Of a stretch of 64,000 bases of DNA, positions 53,798-64,000 are shown piece by piece. The translations under genes and the position numbers were made by a program. The stretch is taken from assembly GCA_025594325.1 (NCBI GenBank), contig JANHCV010000003.1:2418001-2482000 (forward strand), given 5' to 3'. The stretch is from Blastocladiella emersonii ATCC 22665 (lineage: Eukaryota; Fungi; Blastocladiomycota). The notes under the pieces were generated by a model. It was not told where the DNA came from. It ran no database searches and saw only the letters and a list, made by a program, of their open reading frames with translations. The first letter of the stretch is position 1. Each line of letters starts with the position of its first letter.

Positions 53798-55957
53798 ATG
53801 GACCCGCTCGCGCGCCCGGCCGCCGAGGCCGTCAAGACGCCGCTGCTCAACGAGCTCGGCGCACGCTCTCGGTCGCCCTCGCCCGCTGCTCCCGCCAAGT
53901 CCTCATCCTCTCCAACCACCATGGGCGCCCTCCCTACGTCCAACCTCGGCCCCGGCCTGCCGTCCCCCGCGGCCGCGACCGTCGCCAACGCGACGAGCTC
54001 GCGGTCGCAGCCCGGCGCGGCGCTCGACCTGACGCTCGTCACGCTCATGGGCCGGCGCCAGCCCGTCCGCGTCTACCTCGCCGACGCGCGCGACGGGCTC
54101 GCGCCCTCGCCCGACCTCAACTCGCCGCGCCCGCACGCCGACGGGAATGTCGTGGTTGTCGAAGACGCTGCGACGCGGAAACGTACGTTGTTGCAACGAG
54201 CTCCGGTTCGCATTCGCCCCTCACACTCCGATCACGCGTGTATAGGGATCACGACGCTGTACGCCGACACGACGCTCAGCGTAACCCGCGCTGCCCGCGG
54301 CGGCACACCGCTGCCCCGCGTGGCGTGCCGCGACCGACTCGCTGCGACCGCTGCGGCCCTTGCGGCTTGCCCGCGCGACGACGCCGGCGCCCAGCGCAGC
54401 GTCGCGGTGCACGTCCTGCGTCCGACCGTCTACCCTCGCCCCGCGACGGGCGTCGACACGCGCCACCCGCGGTTCGAGACGTGGACGTTTGCCGCGTCGT
54501 CTGCCGAGTCGGCGCGTTCTGCGCGGCACCTGCTGCGCGAGTGGCTGGCCGTGGACCGGCCGTGCGACGCGGCGTACCTGGTGGTTGTGAACCCGAACGC
54601 GGGCAAGCGTCACGGGTCGCGGATCTTGCACAAGCTGGTGTCGCCGCTGCTGCAGATCGCCATGGTGCGCGCCGAGATCGTGGTGACGCGCGGTGTCGCG
54701 CACACGCAGGAGATTGCGCGCGAGGCGAACCTGGCCGCGTACCGCGGCGCGCTCATGGTGGGCGGCGACGGGATCGTGCACGAGTTCCTCAACGGGCTGC
54801 TGGAGCGGGTCGCGGACCGCGACACGGCGCGGCGGTTTCCCGTGGCGCACGTCGCGGCCGGCACGGGCAACGGGCTCGCAGCGTCGCTCAACGCGGTGCC
54901 CGCCGAGTACGCGGTGCTCGCGGCCGTCAAGGAGTGGGCGCGGCCCATGGACATGCTCGAGTACCGCATCACGCCCATCGACACGACGTCCGGGCTCGCG
55001 GACCCGGCCAAGGCGCGCCGCGGGTTCATCCACCTCAGCTTCACCCACGCGTTCATCGCGGACCTCGATATTGACAGCGAGGTGCTGCGCGTGCTCGGCC
55101 CGCTGCGCACCGACGTGTTTGCGCTGTGGTGCATCTTCCGCCAGGCGACGTACGGCCTGCGCATCGCGTACGTCAAGCCGGCCGATCACGCCGCGGCGAC
55201 CGCCATGTGCCCCTCGTCGGCGTCGTCGCACCTCGACACGCCGCGCGACGCCATCTTCCACTCCCCCGCGAAATCCGGGTGGACGGTGCTCCCGCCCGAC
55301 GCGTACAAGGTGGTCAACGTCCACAACCTGGCGCACCTGTCGGTCGAGTTCAACGGGGCGCCGCGCGCGCGGCTCAACGACGGGCTCGCGCGCCTCGTGT
55401 ACACGACCAGCATATCGCCGACCGACCTGCTCGGGTGCGTGCTCGACCAGCCGTCGGGCGCGATCGTCGAGAACCCCGCGGTCCATGACGTGCCGTGTAC
55501 CGCGCTCGTCATCGAGCCCATGCACCCGACGCGCCCCGCCGTCTTTGCCGACCACTTCCGCAACGACCACGCCGCCGGCGCGTCGTCGTCCTCGGCCGAT
55601 CTTCTCGCTGGTACACCTGGTCTCACGCGCGACGACCCCAAGTGGAAGAAATGCCGCCCGCGCGGCCACATGGTCGTAGACGGCGAGCTCGAGGCGTTCG
55701 GCGACGCGCGGCTCGCCGTGCACCGCGGCCTGTGCGCGGTCTTCTCGCCGCGCGACCTCGACGAGCGTATGTTCGCCGCCAAGCTCAAGGCACCCGAGAC
55801 TGCCGATGCGGTCCCATCGCCGCTGCGCATGGGCGCGTGGGCCGGCGACGAGGCGGCTCGCGGACGGGAAGCGTTTGCGACGGGCGTGCGCGAGAGCCCC
55901 GCGCGGTCTCGGTCGCCCTCGGCGCGCCGTGCTGAGGTTGTGGATGTGCAGTTGTGA
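53798..55957 (+). CDS. Sphingosine/long-chain-base kinase, paralog 2 (63-nt in-frame intron at 54183-54245)
   Basis: NPNAG, GGDGIVHEFLNGL, GTGNGLA, GHMVVDGE. Confidence 0.9.
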   Translation: MDPLARPAAEAVKTPLLNELGARSRSPSPAAPAKSSSSPTTMGALPTSNLGPGLPSPAAATVANATSSRSQPGAALDLTLVTLMGRRQPVRVYLADARDGLAPSPDLNSPRPHADGNVVVVEDAATRKRTLLQRAPVRIRPSHSDHACIGITTLYADTTLSVTRAARGGTPLPRVACRDRLAATAAALAACPRDDAGAQRSVAVHVLRPTVYPRPATGVDTRHPRFETWTFAASSAESARSARHLLREWLAVDRPCDAAYLVVVNPNAGKRHGSRILHKLVSPLLQIAMVRAEIVVTRGVAHTQEIAREANLAAYRGALMVGGDGIVHEFLNGLLERVADRDTARRFPVAHVAAGTGNGLAASLNAVPAEYAVLAAVKEWARPMDMLEYRITPIDTTSGLADPAKARRGFIHLSFTHAFIADLDIDSEVLRVLGPLRTDVFALWCIFRQATYGLRIAYVKPADHAAATAMCPSSASSHLDTPRDAIFHSPAKSGWTVLPPDAYKVVNVHNLAHLSVEFNGAPRARLNDGLARLVYTTSISPTDLLGCVLDQPSGAIVENPAVHDVPCTALVIEPMHPTRPAVFADHFRNDHAAGASSSSADLLAGTPGLTRDDPKWKKCRPRGHMVVDGELEAFGDARLAVHRGLCAVFSPRDLDERMFAAKLKAPETADAVPSPLRMGAWAGDEAARGREAFATGVRESPARSRSPSARRAEVVDVQL

Positions 55958-56298
55958 GTGGTGATGTATGGCTTTGTTGTGTCGCCTCCTCGTTTGTCTC
56001 ACGCGTCAGTTTATCACGTCTGTATCACGCGAGGCGGCTGCACCGCACCTTCCTGCTTGAGACGCTCGTCTATCACTAAGGGCCCGTTTGGTTCAGATCA
56101 GGTGGATCAGCTGAAAAAGTTGCCACGTTTCACCTCACCCCCGTTCATCTCAGCGGCCGTGCGAACCAAACGCCCCGCTGGATGAACCCCCCCCCCCCCC
56201 CCCCCGCAATAAAATCTTTCCCACCTCTTTGCAGCCGCACTTATTGCAACGAATCAACACCTAACCTCACGCATCGTGTTCTCGAGCCCTCGAACAAC

Positions 56299-57616
56299 AT
56301 GGGCAAGGGATACAACCGCAAGCTGCGCGGCCTAATGCTCACGGCCGCCCTCGCTCTCCTGCGACGTCTCGCTGCTCGCAACGAGCGCCGCTCGCGGGAG
56401 CCTATCCGCACGTCCACGCTTTCCGGCGAGTCGTGGGTTCAAGAGCTGCTGACGTGTAACAGCGAAACGCGTTTCTCGGAAATCGCCCGTATGCCCCGCG
56501 AGACCTTCAAGGCCATCTGCCGCCTGTTCCGCGACCGTGGACTTCTCGCCGACGGCCGCAAGCTGTCCGTCGAGGCGCGCTTCATGGTTTTTCTTGTCAT
56601 GGCCGGCGAGGGCAGCACCAACCGCAACCTCAGGGAGCGGTTCCAAATCTCTGGCGAGACCGCGTCCAGCGTTCTGAAGAAAGTGATCGACGCTCTGTAC
56701 CGCCTGATGCCCGAGTTCACTGTCCAGCCGTCCGATTCTACGCCCGTGCATGAGCGCATCGCCCACGACCCGAAATACGCTCCGTTCCAGAACGCGGTCG
56801 GCGCGCTTGACGGAACGCACATCCCGTTTGTTGTGCCCACTAAGCTTCACGACTCGTTCCGAAACCGCAAGGGGACCATATACTCAAATGTCCTCGCTGC
56901 CTGCGACTTTGACTTGAACTTCACCTACGTTCTCGCAGGGTGGGAGGGCAAGGCGCACGACTCGCGCGTGCTCTCAGACGCCTTCGCCCGTGGGTTCAAG
57001 ATCCCCGCCGGCCGCTTCTACCTCGCCGACGGCGGCTACGCAAACCGCACGTCCATCATCGTGCCCTTCCGCGGTACCCGCTATCATCTTCGCGAGTTTG
57101 CCCGCGGCAAGGATGGGTACGTTCTCACTGCCATGACCATCACGTTGGCGCTGTCTCATCTGCTTCACCAACGTACGTAGAGTTAAAAACCGCGAGGAGC
57201 TTTTCAATCTGCGTCACGCGTCGCTCCGCAACTCCATTGAGCATATCTTTGGCGTGCTCAAGAAGCGGTTCCGCGTCCTCTCGATTGGCGCGGCCTGCCC
57301 AATCAAGACTCAAGTCAAGCTTGTGTACGCGCTCTGCACGCTGCACAACATGATCAACAGGTGGAACCAAGGCGGCGACGCCTTCTTTCGCGACGCCGAG
57401 ACGGAGCTCCGGCGCGCGCGGGACGCGGCGCGTGAGGCGCCAGTGCGTGGGCGCGAGCCCCTGGACGACGAGAACGAGGAGGACGACGAGGCCGCTGTCC
57501 TCGAGGCCTCGCTGGACGGAGCTCGTCAGCGCGGTATCTCGCTTCGGAACCGCGTCGCAAATGTTCTTTGGACCGAGTACAGGCGCGTCATGGCCGCTCG
57601 TGGGACCCGTCTTTGA
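56299..57616 (+). CDS. Harbinger DDE transposase (DDE_Tnp_4), 2 exons
   Basis: GALDGTHI, YLADGGY, ELFNLRHASLRNSIEHIFGVLKKRF; intron 57117-57180. Confidence 0.93.
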
Positions 57617-57929
57617 AGGCGCGAAATAATTGTTGTACCCGCATGCATGCTGTAATATACTGATTTGTCAAGTACTATAACGTTAGATAAGCGATTCCAG
57701 ATGATTTGACGCGTCGCTGAGGTCAGAATGCATCGGTGGAGACGCGTCGATCAATCACGTGACGTGTGAGACACTTTGCGAACCACGCGTTTCTCAACGA
57801 GTCGCGTCATTTTCGAGCCAAGGGTAACGATTGAAGATACGATGGACACAAAGCCAGATGTATTGGACACAAATGGGCGAGAACAAGGCCAGGAAGCAAC
57901 GCGAGGGGAGGGGGACATGTGCGAGTGAG

Positions 57930-58286
57930 CTACTGAATGAAAATCTCGAGGATGCGCTTGCGCTTCGATTCGGACACGGCCATGACGCGAAGCGCTTGAT
58001 CCTCGGTCAGGCGGGTGGCGACGTCGATCTGGTACTCTTCATTGTCGTTGTACGCGTCCTGGACCCATTCAAGTGCGGCGGTCAGGACGGGCTTGGAGTC
58101 GGCGGTCGCGACGCTCTGGAACACCTCCTTGATGCCCATGAGGAATTCCGAGTCCGAGAGGCGACGCGAGCTGCTGTCCGAAGTGCGGCTGCGCTTGCTG
58201 GCGGGGGCCGCGTCGTCTTGACCATCGACACCTTCCACGTCACCAGACTCCTTGCCGTCCTGCTCGAGGTGCGAGTACTCGCCGGT
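57930..58286 (-). pseudogene. 3' exon of the Harbinger accessory (Myb/SANT-type) gene; DNA-binding N-terminus not found
   Basis: Convergent to the transposase; begins after a TAG acceptor with TTTGEYS; only about 240 bp remain before the TIR. Confidence 0.55.
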
Positions 58287-60410
58287 GGTGGTCTAGCCGC
58301 CCCACGAAGGAAAACAGCGTTTATATAGGCCGGGAAGCACAGCCTGAAGGTTTCGGGGGCGAGCAGACGGGCAATTCAGCGACGAGGGTTCCATTCAGCT
58401 CATCCGGGGTCGACCCAAATGCCGCGATGAACGCGACGGGGTGAAAATGCCACGTTTCAGCTGGGTGAACACCGGACCGTGTAAAATCGATTGATCCACC
58501 TGATTCACCCCGGAACCAAACGGGCCCTAAAGGAAGGGAAGGGTTTCGCGAGAGTGGCTGAACTGGGTCAGCTGTGGTCACCTGAGTGGCGCTCCTCTGC
58601 CTTCTCGCTCTTGCACTTCTGACGCTCTCCCCGCGATCTCCCCGCGGGAAGGCGTCGCCTACAGAAAGCCCTTACGCAATGAAATCATGTCCAACTACCT
58701 GAAATGTGATGTTCCGACTGCACAGCCCCAACACTCTTATCGGCTCGCGGGAAGCGGACAGCAAGGACGGGAAGCTGACGCTCCTTTAAGGCCGCGCAAT
58801 GAACTCTCTCATTAAATGTATCCATGTCTTACCACCCGCAACTGGGAGCGGCGGAGCCTACCCTGTCCCTGCCGCTCGCTCGCTCGCTCGATCCGGCTGC
58901 CTGTTCGCTCGCCGTGCTCACTGGCCGATCCAAACCTTTGCGCCGGGACGGGAAAGCTTGCACTGTCGTTTATGGAAACCATTTGGCTCCGGCCATTCCA
59001 GTTGGAGCACGAGGCGGCGCACGCGTACTCGACAACGCTCGCAGTCCAACCCGAGGGGGCGACGTCAGCCGTGTTGCATCCATGATCAGCCACGACGCAC
59101 GCGCCGGTACGTAAGGCACGGTATCCGCCTGGGACGTGACGTGCGCAAGGACGCGACGACAGTCACCGAACTTGCGAACTTTTGCCTGGGGCACGCGCGT
59201 GTCGTCAGAGAGTTGGCCACCTGCAAGAAGCTGCTGGATTGGGAGAGCGCAGTGTTGTACAAGCACGCGGGCGCGGCAGTTCAGAACGGGTTCGCGCGCG
59301 CCGTCGCTACGCGCGAGGCGACATGGAAAGAGGTGCACGCGCGCCAGCGCGCCGAAACGGCGCATTGGATGCAAATCGCTGTTTGATGTGCGGCGTGAGT
59401 TGGCAGCTGCGCGCGGCAAAGCGAAGGCGCGGTGACGCGCGTGGCCGCGCACGGAATCCAGGCGGTGACGCGCACATGGTCTCCAAGCGCAAGGCATACT
59501 TTTAAATGCCTGCCATGGGAGGAACAGGCGCTGCGCTTCGGCAAGGCGGTGCTGTGGATGCACTCAATATTGCGTTCGCGCGGCCCGAGGTGGCGGCGAT
59601 GACGATGGCTGGGAACCACATGTGCGAGAGAAGAGTAAGTTCCGCGCAGACATGATCATACCAGGAGGTGCCTGGGTCGTTGTTATGAGAGTAGAAAGTG
59701 GAGCGCGAAAGCACGATCCCAGTTTACACGAATGAAGAACAGAGCGCGGGGCGCAGCGAGTTGGCGAAGCTGGCGGAATAGTTGCACCTGAGATTCTGCT
59801 TGCGATTCCAGGCCCTCGCGCGACGCACAGGATGGCGACGGGCCGGAAGCGATAGCTGACACGATTTAAAGGGAGGCAAACATGGGCGGGGGTCAAAAAC
59901 CGTGACTGCAGAAGTCTGCGGCGTTTGCATTGAGAGAATAATCCAAGAGAACGACCCGGCGACACAAACACACGCAGTTCGCCGTGTCGGCGATAGACTT
60001 ACGCTAGTTGCTGTGACTGGCTGCCGTTCGAGAGCGACCCGCTCCTCGACGTCACCTCGCCGATCAATACGGTGACGAAGATGAAGCGGATGTAACTTAA
60101 CTTGTCGCAGTGAGAAGGAGTGCCCTTCAACACCCCGTCCGCCGATGGTGGGCGCCCGCGAGTACGGAAGCCCGTGTACGGTAATGTCGGCGACGCTGAT
60201 GAAGAGCGTGCGATCTCCCCCGTACACATGATGCCGACCGTACCACGGCCGCCCAATGCCCGGTTCCCACGCGTGCGTGATCCGATCGGCCACGCTCCGC
60301 CGGATCGCCGTGTTCCCAGGGAGCGGGAATCTTCTGCCGCCCCGCCCGCGCTCTCTCTCTCCTCCTTGCCCATCAATCATCAGCGCCAACATCACCACCA
60401 TTGCTACTCC

Positions 60411-62122
60411 ATGGAACTCGACCGTACCGCTACCACCCACCTGTTCAAGGCGTCGTGCCGCGTCGTGAGCCCGGCTGACGGCGAGCTCGTCGGGTTTGCG
60501 GGCGTCCGCGACTTTGCGTGGTCCGCCGCCGACTACCCGTCGCTCGAGACGCTCGAGTCCCTGCGCACCGAGGGCGACGAGCTCGCCGACGACGCGCTGG
60601 CTGCGCTGCTCCGCCTGCATCAGTCGCTCGCCACGGACGGCGAATCCAAGCCCGCGGCGACGGGGTTCGTGCCGAGTAACCTCATGGCCTTCTTCACGCG
60701 TGCCGTGGCGGTGCTCGACGCGACCGCGGTGCCGGACGCCGCGCTCGACGCGGTCCGCGTGCGCGACGCGCCCGTGCTGCCCGTCGCCGGGATGTCCGCG
60801 TCAGACCGCGCCGCGGTGCTCGCGCTGTGGCGGTCCGTGACCGAGGTGCCCGACTGGGTCGACTGGGCGCGCGTGAAGCACGGGCAGACGCTGTTCTGGA
60901 AGTACCTGATCGTCAACTCGGCGACGCTCGGGCTCTACTCGCTGCTCGGCGGGTACGCCGCCGACTCGGTCAACCAGGTGCTCGCGTCGACCGGGTACCT
61001 CGCTAGTCGGCGTAAGAATGCGGTGATGCGCAGGCTGACTGAGACGGCCCATATGCTCGTTGGCGCGCTGCAGAGTGTCGAGTCGATTGCGCCGTTTGGT
61101 GAGGGGTGGGTCGGCGTGCTCAATGTCCGGTTCCTTCACGCTCTGGGTACGCTTCCTCTGGTATCGCGCTCATTTCATCAATCGACTGACCGCTGATTAC
61201 TCCACTGATGCTAGTCCGCCACCGCCTCCGCGGGTCGACCAAGTACGACGCCGCGCTGTACGGCACCGCCATCAACCAGCCCGACACGCTCGCGACGGGT
61301 CTCAGCTTCTCGACGACCCTCCTCGACGGCCTCGACAAGTTCGGCCTCGCTGCGACCGACGCCACGCTCAAGGCCGACTACCTGCACGCGTGGGGCTACA
61401 TTGTGCGCCTGCTCGGCGTCAAGGACGAGTACAACGTGCTCGCACCCGCTTCCGCAGCCGCCACACACCCGCGCGTCCCGGGCTCGCTCGCCCCGCCTCC
61501 ACCGGGCGTCGACCCGGTGGAGCACGCGCACCGCGCGAGCCGCGCCATTGGGCTGCACCTGTTCCACCCGTCGGACCTGTCGCGCACCTTCGCCGGCGCG
61601 CTGATCGAGGGCCTCGCCGACCAGCCGCCCGCGTACCGCTCGCTCAAGACCATGTACGCGGGGGCGCGCATCTTCCTCGGCCCGCAGCTCGCCGCCGCGC
61701 TCGGGGTGCCTGACGTCGCGCGCTGGCGCATCGCCCTGTACCGGTTCCGCCTCTCGCTCGTCACGTCCATCTTCGCGTGGCTGTGGGACTACTCGCCGGG
61801 GATGCGCGCCGTCCTGATGCGCAAGTACGTCGAGGGCCATAACGAGCTGATGGCCAAGTTCGTGTTTGGCCTCGAGCCACCGAACGGCAAGAAGAAGCCC
61901 GACCTGACGGACCCGTCGCTCGTCGAGGCGCTCCGCGAGTTTGCGTTCGCGATGCGCTGGGACCCCGCGCGTACCGACGAAGGAGTGAGTCTCTCCGACA
62001 CCGAGGACGGGGATGCCGCGGCCAAGGACGGTAGTCGCGCTGAAGCCCGCTGGATGTGGCGCGCGGCGGTGATGGTCGCCGTGGTCGCTGTGTCGCTCGT
62101 TGTGGCTGCGCAGGTTGTGTAA
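60411..62122 (+). CDS. ER-bound oxygenase mpaB / rubber oxygenase Lcp-like (DUF2236) heme protein with C-terminal TM, 2 exons
   Basis: VPDWVDWARVKHGQ, LASTGYL, RRLTET, VRFLHALVRHRL, AINQPD; intron 61147-61214. Confidence 0.88.
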
Positions 62123-62187
62123 ATACGTTTGCTTATTCAAGTCATTTGCGTTTCCTCCTCCGCTTATTGTTGTTGAGAGGGTCAGCG

Positions 62188-62200
62188 CGCGTTGCGCCAC
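62188..62200 (-). promoter_or_regulatory. Recurrent intergenic motif, copy 4 (13-bp part, inverted)
   Basis: CGCGTTGCGCCAC is the reverse complement of GTGGCGCAACGCG. Confidence 0.4.
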
Positions 62201-62710
62201 TCGCACCGCACGATCGCGTTGGTCACCCACCAGCCACACGCGGTGGCCAGCGTGGGACCGAGTGAAATCGCGGCTGCACTCCGCGGCCCGTCCTCGCTCT
62301 CCCACCCGCTCATTTGCTATGTAATTATTTTCCATGCTGCTTACGGGACACCGTGCGGACTCAACTCGGAGGCCTGCGGTCCATCACGCAGCGCCAGTCC
62401 CGACTTTGACACGCAAACCTTTGCTCAGCACACCTCGATACCGTTCCCGCATAATTGTCTGCCGACGCGGACCACGCCCGCACCCAGGGGCCGGCATCTT
62501 CAAAAAGCCACCGGATTGAACCCGACCCGAACGCCCTGCCTGCCACTCCTGTCAACGCGTCCAGTCGCGTCCACCGCGCCGCGCCTCGCCTCGCTCGCTG
62601 CTGCTCCTCTCTTGCTCGGAAAGCAGACGCCCACATGATCGCCCATGAATGAAGAAAAAACTTCTTGCAAAACATGAATGCAGCTCGTCCCTCCTTGTTC
62701 TGACCACTGG

Positions 62711-64000
62711 TCACTGCCGGAACTTCTTCGCGCCGTGGATGGCCCGGTTCGGCGGGGCGATGGTGAGGCCCTGCGCGGCGAGCCGGAGGTCGGCCGTGGG
62801 GCCAGAGTCGGTCCGCGCACGCTTAGCCTTGCTCGCGGGAACCTCGCGCCCCGTATCGATCCCGAGTTGCATCCGGGCGGTCAAATGCGTCTGTATCGCG
62901 CGGTAGTGCTTCGAGCCGGGCCCGTTCTCGCTCGTGGCCTTGAGCGCACGGGACTTGACCTCGTCGACGGGTCGCGGGGACAGATAGAACCTGTTCGAGC
63001 GCCGCCCGCGCTTCCGCGTCGCCGCCGTACCGGTCTGCGGGGGGCTGGTTCTCGCTCTGCGCGGTGGTTACGGGCTCGTCCTCATCCATCGACTCGTCCT
63101 CGTCGTGGTCCTGGACCGATCCGGGCTCGTGCTCGCGCATGACGACGTCGTTGTCAGACTTGCTGCCCGCCACGTACTCCTCGGCGTCCGTGTCGCTGCC
63201 GCCGTCGCCCTCCCCGTACGACATGGGCATTAGCGGCGCGCTGACACCGTATGCTGCGGGGGCGGACGTGCCACCGTGCACGCAGGCCGCGGCTTGTCGT
63301 CCTCCTCTGTCGGCGCGTTGGCGCACAGGAACCAGAGCTCGCCGTCCTTCTCGGTCAGCTTGGGGTCGCACAGGTTGCCGAAATCGTCGACGTAGACAGA
63401 GGGCTCGTATGCCATGTTGCTGTACCCGGACTCGCAGGCCGCCGCGTGAGTTGCAGCATCGCTAACCGCGAGCTCGCTGGCCGCTCCTCGGCCCGCTCGC
63501 CGTCACGTCAGCTCGCGTAGCTGGAGCGACGGCTCTGCACGAGCGTCGTTTACCTGAGCTCCTCGGCCGTTGCGAGGTTTTGTCGCTTCAGTTCATCTTG
63601 CTTTGCCACCATGATCGCAATGTCGGTCGCTGCGCTGAGCCGGATCCCGCGGCCGTTGCGCCTGCCAATCGTCTTGACCGACGAAAAGTAGCCCTCGACC
63701 GCGTTGGTGCTGTACGCGCGCAGGTTGGCCCACAGCTGCTTGTTCTCGTTGACCGTGCCTATGCCCGGAGCCATGTTGATGAGGAACTCGACCGACTCGA
63801 TCATCATCATATACCCGACCGACGTGTCAAAGTTGAGCCCGGTCTCGCCGTCGCGCTCCTCCTCGGTCGGTCTGGGTGACCCCTCCGCCGCCGCCCCGGA
63901 CTTTCAGCACATCCGCGTTGTCCTTGAGCGCGTTGATCACGTCGGGCTGGATCAGGCGCATCGCCTCAGCCTCGTTCTGCGTGTTGCGCTTCTCCCATTT
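62711..64000 (-). pseudogene. Probable Mutator (MULE)-like transposase, 3' part, frameshifted; continues beyond the window
   Basis: YSTNAVEGYFSSVK resembles the MULE TNNxxE motif; frame change at CTGAAAG near 63900. Confidence 0.45.

Larger units (their letters stand above)
56080..58527. mobile_element. PIF/Harbinger DNA transposon
   Basis: Perfect 15-bp TIR GGGCCCGTTTGGTTC (56080-56094, 58513-58527), TAA TSD on both sides, DDE transposase and a convergent partner-gene remnant. Confidence 0.96.

Noticed and set aside
56186-56205. Poly-C run in the Harbinger left arm as a functional G-quadruplex
   Set aside because: A simple homopolymer whose length is unreliable; no further evidence.
1-64000. 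Hundreds of long overlapping or antisense ORFs (for example 29635-33066, 33041-35620, 16415-18052, 54221-56002)
   Set aside because: These are shadow frames of GC3-rich genes; they are Arg/Gly/Ala-rich with no motifs, and the opposite frame carries the recognisable protein.
1-64000. tRNA, rRNA or prokaryotic operon/defence system
   Set aside because: No cloverleaf or rRNA-like sequence recognised; spliceosomal introns and eukaryote-specific genes show the DNA is nuclear eukaryotic.

Overview
High-GC (roughly 70% in host genes) eukaryotic DNA with short GT-AG introns (mostly 55-70 nt, donors GTACGY/GTGCGT). The gene content and an expanded 'GHVAVLEWW' ankyrin family suggest a zoosporic fungus, probably Blastocladiomycota (Allomyces/Blastocladiella-like); this taxon call is inference. 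Host genes include two sphingosine-kinase paralogs, CHMP7, NTM1, a GT92 glycosyltransferase, DPB4/POLE3, a polyQ Med15-like protein, an Edc1/PNRC-like decapping activator, an augmin AUG8/HAUS8-like protein, a PPR protein, an mpaB/Lcp-type oxygenase, a tandem pair of unknown paralogs and several F-box-like genes. Five mobile elements are present. (1) A Plavaka/CACTA-like remnant with repeat-rich inverted ends (3121-6333). (2) A 628-bp TA-flanked MITE (36119-36746). (3) A chromoviral Ty3/gypsy element (37195-42863, 216-bp LTRs, CCTCC TSD); elements 2 and 3 both sit inside one F-box gene whose frame rejoins at both insertion sites when they are removed. (4) A PIF/Harbinger element (56080-58527, perfect 15-bp TIRs, TAA TSD). 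(5) A probable Mutator-like transposase running off the right edge. Notable signals are a 13-20 bp motif (GTGGCGCAACGCGTCCGCG) found four times just downstream of stop codons, a CpG-deamination signature in the retroelement, and a possible self-priming PBS. No rRNA, tRNA or CRISPR array was seen. Most of the many overlapping ORFs in the track are GC-rich shadows of real genes.
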